A DNA stretch of 64,000 nucleotides from an uncultured Desulfobacteraceae bacterium. Lineage in GTDB: Bacteria > Desulfobacterota > Desulfobacteria > Desulfobacterales > UBA5852. The DNA lies in NCBI GenBank assembly GCA_942491115.1, contig CALNZV010000007.1, positions 194,605 through 258,604 of the forward strand, read 5' to 3'. Both the position numbers and the translations under genes were made by a program. This document shows positions 1-11,482 of the stretch, piece by piece; position 1 is the stretch's first letter; each line of letters starts with the position of its first letter. Below the pieces are notes generated by a model, which was not told the origin of the DNA, searched no databases, and saw nothing but the letters and a program-made list of their open reading frames with translations.

Positions 1-663
1 ATTCGATCCCTCGCCGAAATCCTGAACGACTATCCCGAAACCGACACTGCCGAAAAGCAGCAATTCCTGACCATCATGATCGAAGAAATCCAGCGCCTGT
101 CCCGGCTTATCAACAAGATTCTCGATTTCCAGAAGATCGAATCGGACCGCATGCAGTGGCGGCAGGAGCCCGTCGACGTCCGACGGGTCATCGAAGATAC
201 CGTGGCGGCAACCTCCCAGCTCGTTTCCGCAAAGAATATCCGCCTCGACCGGTACCTGGCGCCCACATCCCCCCCGGTGATCGGCGACCGGGATCAGCTC
301 ATTCAGGCCATGGAGAACCTCATTTCCAATGCCGTCAAGTTCTGCCCTTCAAGCGACGGTCTCATCACCATCTACCTGATCCCGAACGACAATTTCCTTC
401 GAATCAGCGTCCGGGACAACGGAATCGGCATCGAACCGAAGGACCAGGCCATCATCTTCGAACAGTTCCGCCAGGTGGTTCCAAGGGGGCGGGGACGCCC
501 CCCGGGCAGCGGACTGGGGCTTGCCATCACCAAGCGCATCATTGAAGCCCACGGGGGAGAGATTTCCGTTTTCAGCCTGCCGGGAGAGGGGGCGACCTTC
601 AGTTTCACGATCCCTATCCCGGGCTCTGCCAGGGCCGTCGACGAAGCCGCCTCCGGGCGGTGA
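1..663 (+). CDS. Sensor histidine kinase, C-terminal part (5' end outside window)
   Basis: Frame 1 is open from base 1. HATPase_c-type motifs are present: ENLISNAVKF (N box), DNGIGI (G1), GSGLGLAI (G2). Confidence 0.85.
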   Translation: MRSLAEILNDYPETDTAEKQQFLTIMIEEIQRLSRLINKILDFQKIESDRMQWRQEPVDVRRVIEDTVAATSQLVSAKNIRLDRYLAPTSPPVIGDRDQLIQAMENLISNAVKFCPSSDGLITIYLIPNDNFLRISVRDNGIGIEPKDQAIIFEQFRQVVPRGRGRPPGSGLGLAITKRIIEAHGGEISVFSLPGEGATFSFTIPIPGSARAVDEAASGR

Positions 664-741
664 CCCGCCACAAGAGCCGAGGCAGCCCCACTCCGGAGGA
701 GATCGGCTGTAGGAAAGCCGTCCCAGTGGAAGAGAAAGGCA

Positions 742-1743
742 TCAGGGGGGGGGGACGCGGGAGAAGACATCGTCATCGAATCGCCCCTGATGACCGGCCT
801 TCAGATGGTGGTAGCCCGCCGCCGCCATCATGGCGGCATTGTCCCCGCAAAGCGTCACCGGGGGGATATGCACGGTAAGCCCTCGGTCCCCAGCCCTCTC
901 CCTGACCACTTCCCTTAACCGGCGGTTGGCGGCAACGCCGCCCACAATGGCCACCTCCCGGCACCCCGCGGCCTCGGCCGCCTGAAGAAGCTTGAAGGCC
1001 AGGACATCGACCACCGCCTCCTGGAAGCCGGCGGCGATATGGGGGGCCAGGGCGTCCAATTCTTCACGATGGTCCTTGGCGAAGCGGTTGACGGCGCTCT
1101 TGATGCCGCTGAAACTGAAATCGAACCGCTCCTTATCCAGGAAGGGCCTCTTGAACCGGACCCGCTCGGGATCTCCGTCGGCGGCCAGGCGATCGATCAC
1201 CTGTCCCCCGGGATACCCCAACCCCAGGACCTTGGCCACCTTGTCGTAGGCCTCTCCGGCGGCATCGTCCCGTGTCTGTCCCATTACGGACATCGTGACG
1301 GGGCCACGCACCAGGTAGAGGCTGGTGTGGCCCCCGGATGCCAGGAGAGCCACGAAGGGGAATGCCGGGGGACTGTGGGTCAGAAACAGGGATTGAATGT
1401 GCCCTTCGAGATGATTCACCCCCACCCAGGGGATGCCGAGCCCGAACGCGAATGCTTTTGCAAAAGAAAACCCGACCAGCAAGGACCCGACCAGTCCGGG
1501 GCCCTGGGTGGCCGCCACCCCGTTCAACTCGTGCCTTGCAAGCCCGGAGGCGGCGATGGCGTCTTCAACCACCGGGACGATGGCCTTGATATGCTGTCGG
1601 GAAGCCAGTTCCGGCACGACGCCCCCCCATCGGTGGTGCACCTCCACTTGGGACGCCACCACCGATGACAGAACGTGACAGCCGTCCTTCACTACCGCGG
1701 CCGCGGTTTCGTCACAGGAAGACTCGATACCCAGAACCATCAT
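742..1743 (-). CDS. tsaD: tRNA N6-adenosine threonylcarbamoyltransferase (Kae1/Gcp family)
   Basis: N-terminus MMVLGIESSCDETAAAVV and full-length collinearity with the TsaD family. 333 aa. Confidence 0.95.
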   Translation of the reverse strand: MMVLGIESSCDETAAAVVKDGCHVLSSVVASQVEVHHRWGGVVPELASRQHIKAIVPVVEDAIAASGLARHELNGVAATQGPGLVGSLLVGFSFAKAFAFGLGIPWVGVNHLEGHIQSLFLTHSPPAFPFVALLASGGHTSLYLVRGPVTMSVMGQTRDDAAGEAYDKVAKVLGLGYPGGQVIDRLAADGDPERVRFKRPFLDKERFDFSFSGIKSAVNRFAKDHREELDALAPHIAAGFQEAVVDVLAFKLLQAAEAAGCREVAIVGGVAANRRLREVVRERAGDRGLTVHIPPVTLCGDNAAMMAAAGYHHLKAGHQGRFDDDVFSRVPPP

Positions 1744-2024
1744 TGATTGTCGATCCTATTTAATCGGCGCCCGGCATCTCCGGGATGTCGGATGCGGTCA
1801 AACGACTCCGCAAAAAACCGGAACACCTCTCATCAGGAATTCCGGTGCCATCAGATGAATGGTTGCCTCAGGATTGCCGGTCTGTTTGTCGCGGTGCCGT
1901 TTTGGACCTCACGGGTCCGGTGGATTTGGGGGGTCACCCGGTACAGAGAGGGACATGCCGTTGGCCGTCGGCGATCCAGGCCAAGAACCGGCCCACCCGC
2001 CTGAGAATTCCCTTGAAAAAGCGG

Positions 2025-3092
2025 TCAGCAGGCCCGGAGGTCATCCGATACCACCCAGAGCATCCTGTTTTCGGGTTCGGACAGGGCGGTCACCTCCCCC
2101 ACCAGGAAGGCCTGCTCCTCCATGCCGTGGAGCCGGTCGAGCACCTCCTGAACATCCGCCTCGGGCACGACGGCGATCATGCCGAGGCCGCAATTGAAGG
2201 TGCGCCGCATTTCGGGTTCGGACACGTTTCCGGCTTCCTGGAGGTAGCGGAATACGGCCGGCACCTTCCAGCTGTTTTCGAACATGCGAACCCCGCAGGA
2301 ATTCGGTATGATTCGGAGAATGTTGTCCGGTATGCCGCCGCCGGTAATGTGGGCAAGACCGTGAATGGGAAGGTCCTTGATGAGATTCCGGACGGCATTG
2401 GCATATATCCGGGTCGGCGTCAGGAGCGCCTCTCCCAGAGGCATTTTCAGTTCGGAAACGTAGCTGTCCACGGTGAGCCCCAGATGGTCGAAGCAGATTT
2501 TGCGGACCAGGGAAAACCCGTTGCTGTGGATACCGCTCGATGCGATGCCGATGAGTTTGTCCCCCTGCCGGACCCCGGAGCCGTCGATGATCTTTTCATT
2601 GTCGACGATGCCGACGGCAAAACCGGCGAGATCGTACTCTCCTTCGTTGTACAGCCCGGGCATCTCTGCGGTTTCTCCGCCGATCAGCGCACAGCCGGCC
2701 TGACGACAGCCCTCTCCGATGCCTTGGATAACCGTTTCGGCGACCCTTTCGTCGAGTTTTCCGATGGACAAATAGTCAAGGAAAAAGAGAGGTTTTGCCC
2801 CCTGGACACAGATATCGTTGACACACATGGCCACCAGATCGATGCCGATGGTGTCGTGACGGTCGGTCATGAAGGCCACTTTGAGCTTGGTGCCGACACC
2901 GTCCGTGGAGCTGACGAGCACAGGATGGCTGTAGGTTTCCGTATTCAGGGAAAACAGGCCCCCGAAGCCGCCGATCTCACCCATAACGCCGACTCGGGTG
3001 GTGGTGTTGGCAATGGCCTTGATGCGTTCAACCAGACGGTTGGCCTTGTCAATATCGACACCGGCATCTGCATAGGTCAATCCCTCCGCCAT
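2025..3092 (-). CDS. purM: Phosphoribosylformylglycinamidine cyclo-ligase (AIR synthetase)
   Basis: MAEGLTYADAGVDIDKAN... typical PurM N-terminus. Start moved to the internal ATG at 3092, giving 355 aa. The ORF-track start at 3137 adds 15 non-conserved residues. Confidence 0.93.
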   Translation of the reverse strand: MAEGLTYADAGVDIDKANRLVERIKAIANTTTRVGVMGEIGGFGGLFSLNTETYSHPVLVSSTDGVGTKLKVAFMTDRHDTIGIDLVAMCVNDICVQGAKPLFFLDYLSIGKLDERVAETVIQGIGEGCRQAGCALIGGETAEMPGLYNEGEYDLAGFAVGIVDNEKIIDGSGVRQGDKLIGIASSGIHSNGFSLVRKICFDHLGLTVDSYVSELKMPLGEALLTPTRIYANAVRNLIKDLPIHGLAHITGGGIPDNILRIIPNSCGVRMFENSWKVPAVFRYLQEAGNVSEPEMRRTFNCGLGMIAVVPEADVQEVLDRLHGMEEQAFLVGEVTALSEPENRMLWVVSDDLRAC

Positions 3093-3428
3093 GGGGGCGC
3101 TCCTTTGAATGGGGGGTTGCGGGCAAGGCAGTCTCAAGAAGACTAACCGGTGTGCATAAAAAAGTCAAAACAAAATTTTGACATCATTAAGCGAATATTG
3201 TAAACAATCCTGTATCTTAGAGGACATTATCCACCGACGGAAACCCTGGGGCGGCCTTGAGTGGTCACCGCCCGGAGGAAGCGAACCTCCGGCCGATGAT
3301 GACCGGACCGTGCGCAACCGCTCGCGTTATCAGACCACCACCGCCACATGCACCCCTTTCCGCCGAGCCCTCCTGCAGCAGGCCTCGGCAGCGCTGCCAA
3401 TTGTCAACCCATAGCCAAAAGGGATCCG

Positions 3429-4601
3429 ATGACCGCCCGATTTGCCAGACTGGATCGACTGCCGCCCTATGTTTTCGCCAGCGTCAACGAACTGAAAATG
3501 GCCCGCCGACGGGAGGGAGAAGACATCATCGATCTCGGCATGGGCAATCCCGATCTGGCCACCCCCGACCATATCGTTGAGAAACTGGTCGAGGCCGCCC
3601 GCAAACCTCAGAATCACCGGTATTCGGCTTCCGCCGGCATCACACGGCTGCGCTCCGCCATTGCCGACTGGTATCGGCGTCGATACGATGTGGATATCGA
3701 TCCCGACACCGAGGCCATCGTCACCATCGGTGTCAAGGAGGGGATGAGCCACCTCGTGCTGGTGGCTATCCGCCCCGGGGACGTGGTGTTCACCCCGACA
3801 CCCACCTACCCTATACATCCTTACTCGGCCATCATTTCCGGCGGTGACGTGCGGGGCATACCGGTGGGACCGGAGGAAGATTTTCTGGACAACCTGGAAT
3901 CGGCCATTCGCCACTCCTGGCCCAAACCGAAGCTTCTGATCATCTGCTACCCCCACAACCCGACCACCGAAGTCGTGGATTTGGATTTCTTTCAAAATAT
4001 CGTGGACTTCGCCAGGGAAAACGATATTCTCGTCATCCACGACTTCGCCTACGCCGATCTGGTCTTCGACGGCCACAAGGCCCCCAGCTTCCTTCAAGCC
4101 AAAGGCGCCAAAGACGTCGGTGTGGAATTCTTCTCCCTGTCCAAGAGTTACAGCATGGCGGGCTGGCGGGTGGGTTTCTGTGTAGGCAACCGGGAAACCA
4201 TCTTCGCCCTCAAGCGGATCAAAAGCTATCTCGACTACGGCATCTTTCAGCCCATCCAGATTGCCTCCATCATCGCCCTCACCGAAGACCAATCCTGCGT
4301 TGGAGAAATCCACGCCACCTATCGGGACCGCCGCGACGCCCTCATCCAGGGGCTGGCGCGAACCGGATGGGACATACCGCCTCCCAAGGCCACCATGTTC
4401 GTATGGGCGAAGATTCCCGAGGCCTTCTCCCACATGGGATCGGTGGAATTCTCCAAGTTTATGATCCGGGAGGCCAAGGTGGCGGTATCCCCCGGACTCG
4501 GTTTCGGCGCCAACGCCGATCAATATGTCCGCTTTGCCCTCATCGAAAATCAAATGCGGATCAACCAGGCGGTCCGCGGCATCCGAAAAATCATGCGGTA
4601 G
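3429..4601 (+). CDS. Class I/II PLP-dependent aminotransferase (alanine/aspartate aminotransferase-like)
   Basis: [23 protein letters not shown]...DLGMGNPD and [14 protein letters not shown] (PLP-lysine context). Start set at the ATG at 3429. Confidence 0.88.
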   Translation: MTARFARLDRLPPYVFASVNELKMARRREGEDIIDLGMGNPDLATPDHIVEKLVEAARKPQNHRYSASAGITRLRSAIADWYRRRYDVDIDPDTEAIVTIGVKEGMSHLVLVAIRPGDVVFTPTPTYPIHPYSAIISGGDVRGIPVGPEEDFLDNLESAIRHSWPKPKLLIICYPHNPTTEVVDLDFFQNIVDFARENDILVIHDFAYADLVFDGHKAPSFLQAKGAKDVGVEFFSLSKSYSMAGWRVGFCVGNRETIFALKRIKSYLDYGIFQPIQIASIIALTEDQSCVGEIHATYRDRRDALIQGLARTGWDIPPPKATMFVWAKIPEAFSHMGSVEFSKFMIREAKVAVSPGLGFGANADQYVRFALIENQMRINQAVRGIRKIMR

Positions 4602-4801
4602 CCCACTGCCGATCGAAGGACGGACGGACCGAAACGCTCCTCCCGGGCCGGGGGCGGCCGACGGTGCCCATGGGAGGCTCCCCTCCGCGGAACCGAAAGT
4701 TGCCATTTTTGCCGGGGGTCAATTAGCGGTTGACAGATCCTCCGCCGGTGTTGGAAAACCCTTCTACTTTTTCGCTTTAACGGACCGAAAGGGCTGGAGA
4801 C

Positions 4802-6118
4802 ATGACATCCATCAATATCGGGCTTCTGGGATGCGGAACGGTGGGGACGGGCGTGGCCCGGATGCTCATCGATAATGCGGATATATTGAAGCGGCGGGTC
4901 GGGGTCGATCTCACTCTCCGACGGGTGGCGGACATCGACACCGATACCGATCGAGGCGTCGCCTTTCCGGATGGGGTCTTCATCGGCGATGGGGCCCAGA
5001 TCGTGTCGGACCCGGATATTCATATCGTGGTCGAAATGATCGGCGGCGAAGGCATCGCCAAAACCCTCATGCTGGAGGCCATCAGTAACGGAAAGCATGT
5101 GGTGACCGCCAACAAGGCGCTCTTGGCCAAACACGGGGCCGAGGTGTTCGAGGCGGCAGCGGCCGCGGGGGTGGATCTGGCCTACGAGGCCAGCGTCGGG
5201 GGCTGCATGCCGGTCATCAAGACGATCAGGGAATCCCTGGTGGGAAACCGCATTGAATCGGCCACCGGTATATTGAACGGCACCTGTAACTACATCCTTT
5301 CCCGGATCACCGATGAGGGCATCAGCTTTGAGGACGCCCTGAAAATGGCCCAGGCATTGGGGTTCGCGGAAGCCGACCCCACCCTGGACGTGGAGGGATT
5401 CGATACCGCCCACAAGCTGGCCATCATTACCCAACTGGCCTTCGGCACCCCGGTGACCTTCGATGATCTCTTCATCGAGGGGATCACCCACATCACCCCA
5501 ATGGACATCGACTACGCCCGGCAGTTCGGATTCAGGATCAAGCTTCTGGCTATCTGCAAAGCGGTGGACGGGGGTGTGGAAGCTCGGGTTCACCCCACCA
5601 TGATCGATGAAGACAACCTCCTGTCCAAGATCAGCGGGTCCATCAACGCGCTGACCATCACCGGGGACGCCGTGGGGGATGTCATGCTCTACGGCCACGG
5701 GGCCGGAATGATGCCCACCGCCAGCGCCGTGGTGAGCGACATCGTCGACATCGCCAGAAATCGCATGCTGGGCGGTGACACCGGGCGAGTGCCTCTGCTC
5801 TCGTTTCAACCCGAAAGCAGGGTTCCCTTGCGAATTTTGCCGATGGACGAGATCACCACCCACTACTATCTCAGGATTCACGTGCTGGACCGCCCGGGGG
5901 TTCTCTCCCGGATTTCAGGCATTTTAGGCGAATCGGGCATCAGCATCCAGTCGGTCCACCAGAAGGGCCGGAAGGCACGGGGGCCGGTCCCCATCGTCAT
6001 GATGACCCACCGGGCCCGGGAGGCGGACATGCAAAAAGCCATGAATGCCATTACCGACATGGACGTGGTGGCGGAGCGGCCGGTACTGATCCGGGTCGAG
6101 GACGAAAACAACGATTGA
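4802..6118 (+). CDS. hom: Homoserine dehydrogenase with C-terminal ACT domain
   Basis: GLLGCGTVGTGV NAD-binding motif, a central catalytic domain and a C-terminal ACT-like segment (YYLRIHVLDRPGVLSRISGILG). Confidence 0.95.
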   Translation: MTSINIGLLGCGTVGTGVARMLIDNADILKRRVGVDLTLRRVADIDTDTDRGVAFPDGVFIGDGAQIVSDPDIHIVVEMIGGEGIAKTLMLEAISNGKHVVTANKALLAKHGAEVFEAAAAAGVDLAYEASVGGCMPVIKTIRESLVGNRIESATGILNGTCNYILSRITDEGISFEDALKMAQALGFAEADPTLDVEGFDTAHKLAIITQLAFGTPVTFDDLFIEGITHITPMDIDYARQFGFRIKLLAICKAVDGGVEARVHPTMIDEDNLLSKISGSINALTITGDAVGDVMLYGHGAGMMPTASAVVSDIVDIARNRMLGGDTGRVPLLSFQPESRVPLRILPMDEITTHYYLRIHVLDRPGVLSRISGILGESGISIQSVHQKGRKARGPVPIVMMTHRAREADMQKAMNAITDMDVVAERPVLIRVEDENND

Positions 6119-6401
6119 CGCCCCGGGGGGTCTCCGGTAGGCCCTGAAACTCGGCGCCGCCGGGGAAACGACCGCCGTGACCCTTGGGATTGGATCGATG
6201 ACGGCCCTCATGCCGACCCCGTGAGGCCCCCCATCGTGCCGACAGCAATGAAACAACTAGGAGTATCGCTCCCAAAACCAACGGTATCGGAAGACGGGGG
6301 AAAAGCCACCGCATCCCCAGGGGGACACCGTCATGCCGAATCCGGTGTTCAGCCGCCGGCAAGGCGGGTGCACCCGTTTCCGATACCCGACAGGATGCCC
6401 C

Positions 6402-7013
6402 ATGCACATCGTCTGCTCCGACCTGGAAGGCGTTTTTGTCCCTGAAATCTGGATCAACGTCGCCGAAAAGACCGGCATCGACGAGCTTAGGCTTACCACC
6501 CGGGACATTTCCGACTACAACGTTCTGATGAAAAAGCGACTGTCCATCCTCGATGCCAACGGTCTCCGCCTGAAGGACATCCAGGACGTGATCGCCACCA
6601 TGGAACCACTGGAGGGAGCCGGGGCGTTCCTGGACTGGCTCCGGTCGGTAACCCAGTTGATCGTGGTCTCGGACACGTTTGTCGAGTTTGCCGATCCATT
6701 GATGGCAAAACTCAATCGCCCCACCCTTTTTTGCAATTATCTGTCCGTCGATGACGCCGGCCGGGTCTCCGATTACCACCTTCGCCAGACCGATGGGAAG
6801 CGACGGGTGGCCGAGGCCATGAAGGCCCTCAATTTCACGGTTATCGCCATGGGGGATTCCTACAATGATCTCACCATGATTCGGGCCGCCGACCATGGGA
6901 TTCTTTTCCGGCCCCCCGAGGCCATCGTCCAGGATTGCCCGGATCTTCCGGTGGAAACCCGCTACGACGACCTCAAAATCCGCATCAGTGAGTTACTGGC
7001 AGAGGCCGACTGA
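6402..7013 (+). CDS. thrH: HAD-family phosphoserine phosphatase / homoserine phosphotransferase (ThrH-like)
   Basis: MHIVCSDLEGVF (DxE/DxD-type HAD motif I) and MGDSYNDLTM (motif III). 203 aa from the ATG at 6402. Lies directly downstream of hom. Confidence 0.78.
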   Translation: MHIVCSDLEGVFVPEIWINVAEKTGIDELRLTTRDISDYNVLMKKRLSILDANGLRLKDIQDVIATMEPLEGAGAFLDWLRSVTQLIVVSDTFVEFADPLMAKLNRPTLFCNYLSVDDAGRVSDYHLRQTDGKRRVAEAMKALNFTVIAMGDSYNDLTMIRAADHGILFRPPEAIVQDCPDLPVETRYDDLKIRISELLAEAD

Positions 7014-7015
7014 CA

Positions 7016-8509
7016 ATGACCCCGTCGATATTCTCTCTTCTGCCCCGTTTCAGGAACTGCCGACTTCTGGTCGTCGGGGATCTCATGATCGACGAATACC
7101 TTTGGGGGGAGGTGGATCGAATCTCCCCGGAAGCCCCGGTTCAGGTAGTGGGAGTCCAATCGGAGGAGTTCGTCCTCGGCGGCGCCGGAAACGTGGCCAG
7201 CAACCTGGCGGCCCTGGGGGCGAAGGTAGCGATCGCGGGGGTCATCGGCACGGCGGAGGACGGCGGGCGGCTGCTCGATCTTTTCAAGGCCCATGGCATC
7301 GATGCCAGGAGCGTCATTCCCGAGCCCGGCCGCCGCACCACTCGAAAGACAAGGGTCATCGCCTCGAACCAGCACGTCATTCGAATCGACCGGGAAACCC
7401 GCCGCCACATCTCCGAAGCCACCCTGAACAAACTGGGCAGTGCGGTGGAAGCAAAGATGACCCAGGTGGATGCGGTTCTCATCTCTGACTACGACAAGGG
7501 GCTTCTGACCCCTTCGCTCTTGAGAAAGATCATCGACGCCGGACGGGCGGCCGGAAAACCCATCATCGTGGACCCAAAGGGTATCGATTTCGGGAAGTAC
7601 ACGGGGGCCAGCCTCATCACCCCCAACCGAAAAGAGGCCAGCCTGGCCTCCGGTGTGATCATCCTGGGAGAGGACACCCTCGCCGAAGCCGCCGAGCAGT
7701 TGATGGCCATAACGGGCTCGGAACGACTTCTCATCACCTGCGGAAAAGACGGCATGGTGCTTTTTCGCCGGAGCGGGACTCGGCACCGGGTGGCCACCCG
7801 GTCCCGTCAGGTCTACGATGTGTCCGGTGCCGGGGACACCGTTCTCTCGGTCATGGGGCTTGCCATAACGGCGGGCGCCTCCTGGGAAGAGGCAACGGAG
7901 ATGGCCAATGCCGCCGCAGGGGTGGTAATCGGCAAGGTGGGTACGGCCACCCTGACCATCGGTGAACTGGAATCGGCGCTCATTACCAACGCCGGAAGCG
8001 TGTTTCAGAAAGAACATCGACTGGAGGACCTTGAGATTCTCTGCCGGGAGGTGCGCCGAACCGGTCGCCGGATCGTGTTTACCAACGGCTGCTTCGATAT
8101 CCTCCATGCCGGTCACATCCAGCTCTTTTCGGCCGCCCGGGCCGAGGGGGATTTTCTCATTGTCGCCATCGACGATGACGACTCCGTCAGAAAGCTGAAA
8201 GGACCCGACCGGCCGGTCATCAGCGAGAGGGCCCGGGTCCGTATCCTGAGCGCTTTAGACAGTGTGGATGCCGTGGTCGTTTTTTCGACGGATCAGTTGG
8301 AGCACTTGATCGAGCGGATCCGCCCCGACGTTCTCGCCAAGGGAAACAACTATCTCCCTGATGCGGTGGTGGGGAGGAGGATCGTCGAAAAGAACGGCGG
8401 CCGGCTGGCCCTTTTGCCCATCGACAGGGAGTGCTCGTCGGATCGAATTATCGAGTCCATCCGAAACGGGGGCAGCCGGGATGGCCGCAGGCGGCCGTCA
8501 TCGCCATGA
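7016..8509 (+). CDS. hldE: Bifunctional D-beta-D-heptose 7-phosphate kinase / heptose 1-phosphate adenylyltransferase
   Basis: N-terminal pfkB-type sugar kinase (LVVGDLMIDEY...GAGD) and C-terminal cytidylyltransferase (FTNGCFDILHAGH). Confidence 0.93.
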   Translation: MTPSIFSLLPRFRNCRLLVVGDLMIDEYLWGEVDRISPEAPVQVVGVQSEEFVLGGAGNVASNLAALGAKVAIAGVIGTAEDGGRLLDLFKAHGIDARSVIPEPGRRTTRKTRVIASNQHVIRIDRETRRHISEATLNKLGSAVEAKMTQVDAVLISDYDKGLLTPSLLRKIIDAGRAAGKPIIVDPKGIDFGKYTGASLITPNRKEASLASGVIILGEDTLAEAAEQLMAITGSERLLITCGKDGMVLFRRSGTRHRVATRSRQVYDVSGAGDTVLSVMGLAITAGASWEEATEMANAAAGVVIGKVGTATLTIGELESALITNAGSVFQKEHRLEDLEILCREVRRTGRRIVFTNGCFDILHAGHIQLFSAARAEGDFLIVAIDDDDSVRKLKGPDRPVISERARVRILSALDSVDAVVVFSTDQLEHLIERIRPDVLAKGNNYLPDAVVGRRIVEKNGGRLALLPIDRECSSDRIIESIRNGGSRDGRRRPSSP

Positions 8510-8826
8510 GTCTTTTCGAGGATCACAAGGAGGGGCTGGTCCTGAATGTCCGGGTTCAGCCCAAGGCATCCAGGAACCAAATCGCCGGTCCCCACGGCGA
8601 CGCCGTCAAGGTGATGCTCACGGCCCCTCCGGTGGACGGCGAGGCCAACAGGCAGTGCATCCAGTTTCTGGCCAAGGTGCTCAAGCGGCCCAAATCCACC
8701 CTAGACATCATCTCCGGGCTTACCAGCCGGAACAAGCGGGTCCTTATCCGAACAGGCCCTGGCGCCGATGAGGCGACCCTCAAAAAAACCCTGGAATTCC
8801 TCATCGCCCCAAACGAATCATCTTGA
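8506..8826 (+). CDS. DUF167 (YggU-like) protein
   Basis: LNVRVQPKASRNQI...APPVDGEANRQCIQFLAKVL matches the DUF167 pattern. The ATGA start/stop overlap with hldE indicates translational coupling. Confidence 0.85.
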   Translation: MSLFEDHKEGLVLNVRVQPKASRNQIAGPHGDAVKVMLTAPPVDGEANRQCIQFLAKVLKRPKSTLDIISGLTSRNKRVLIRTGPGADEATLKKTLEFLIAPNESS

Positions 8827-8868
8827 CAGCCATTTTTTAATGCATTATTTAACTATTCCCTAAATTGA

Positions 8869-8945
<77 letters not shown>

Positions 8946-8956
8946 TAAGTAAAAAC

Positions 8957-8992
8957 AGGGACTTAGAAGCAATTCTAAGTCCCTTGTTTTTT
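8957..8992 (+). terminator. Rho-independent terminator after the tRNA
   Basis: Perfect 12-bp stem AGGGACTTAGAA/TTCTAAGTCCCT with a 4-nt loop, followed by TGTTTTTTG. Confidence 0.7.
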
Positions 8993-9225
8993 GTCTTAAA
9001 ATTTTGACACCCACCACTATACCCACCAGCCAGCTTATATATCCAAGTAAACCCAGGTAAGAGCGATGGTTAAAAACGCAGCTTCCTGCGCATGGAGCCA
9101 GAATCTCGCAGCTACAACCTCAACTCTATCCACGCCGCATTAGACCCTTCACCCGTTCATAGATCAACGGTCTCACCATCAAACCATCCTCTTAACCAAC
9201 CAAAACACACCCCGACGCGCGGCCC

Positions 9226-11457
<2,232 letters not shown>

Positions 11458-11467
11458 TTTTGAATCA

Positions 11468-11482
11468 GGGTATTTAGGGGAC
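11468..11482 (+). repeat. Left-TIR stub of element copy 1, severed by the IS110 insertion
   Basis: GGGTATTTAGGGGAC equals the first 15 nt of the element left ends at 18591 and 19108. The continuation CGCCCTTTATATTT resumes at 13211. Confidence 0.8.

Noticed and set aside
745-754. G10 run at the 3' end of tsaD as another artefact
   Set aside because: It is short, lies in frame (encoding the C-terminal PPP on the minus strand) and does not disrupt the gene. It is compatible with normal GC-rich sequence.
1785-8116. Long antisense or alternative-frame ORFs over core genes (e.g. 1785-3146 +, 3330-4706 -, 4550-5881 -, 6962-8116 -)
   Set aside because: These are shadow ORFs typical of GC-rich DNA. 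Each lies opposite or out of frame to a gene with unambiguous family motifs. Their translations are Arg/Gly/Pro-rich with no recognisable domains.
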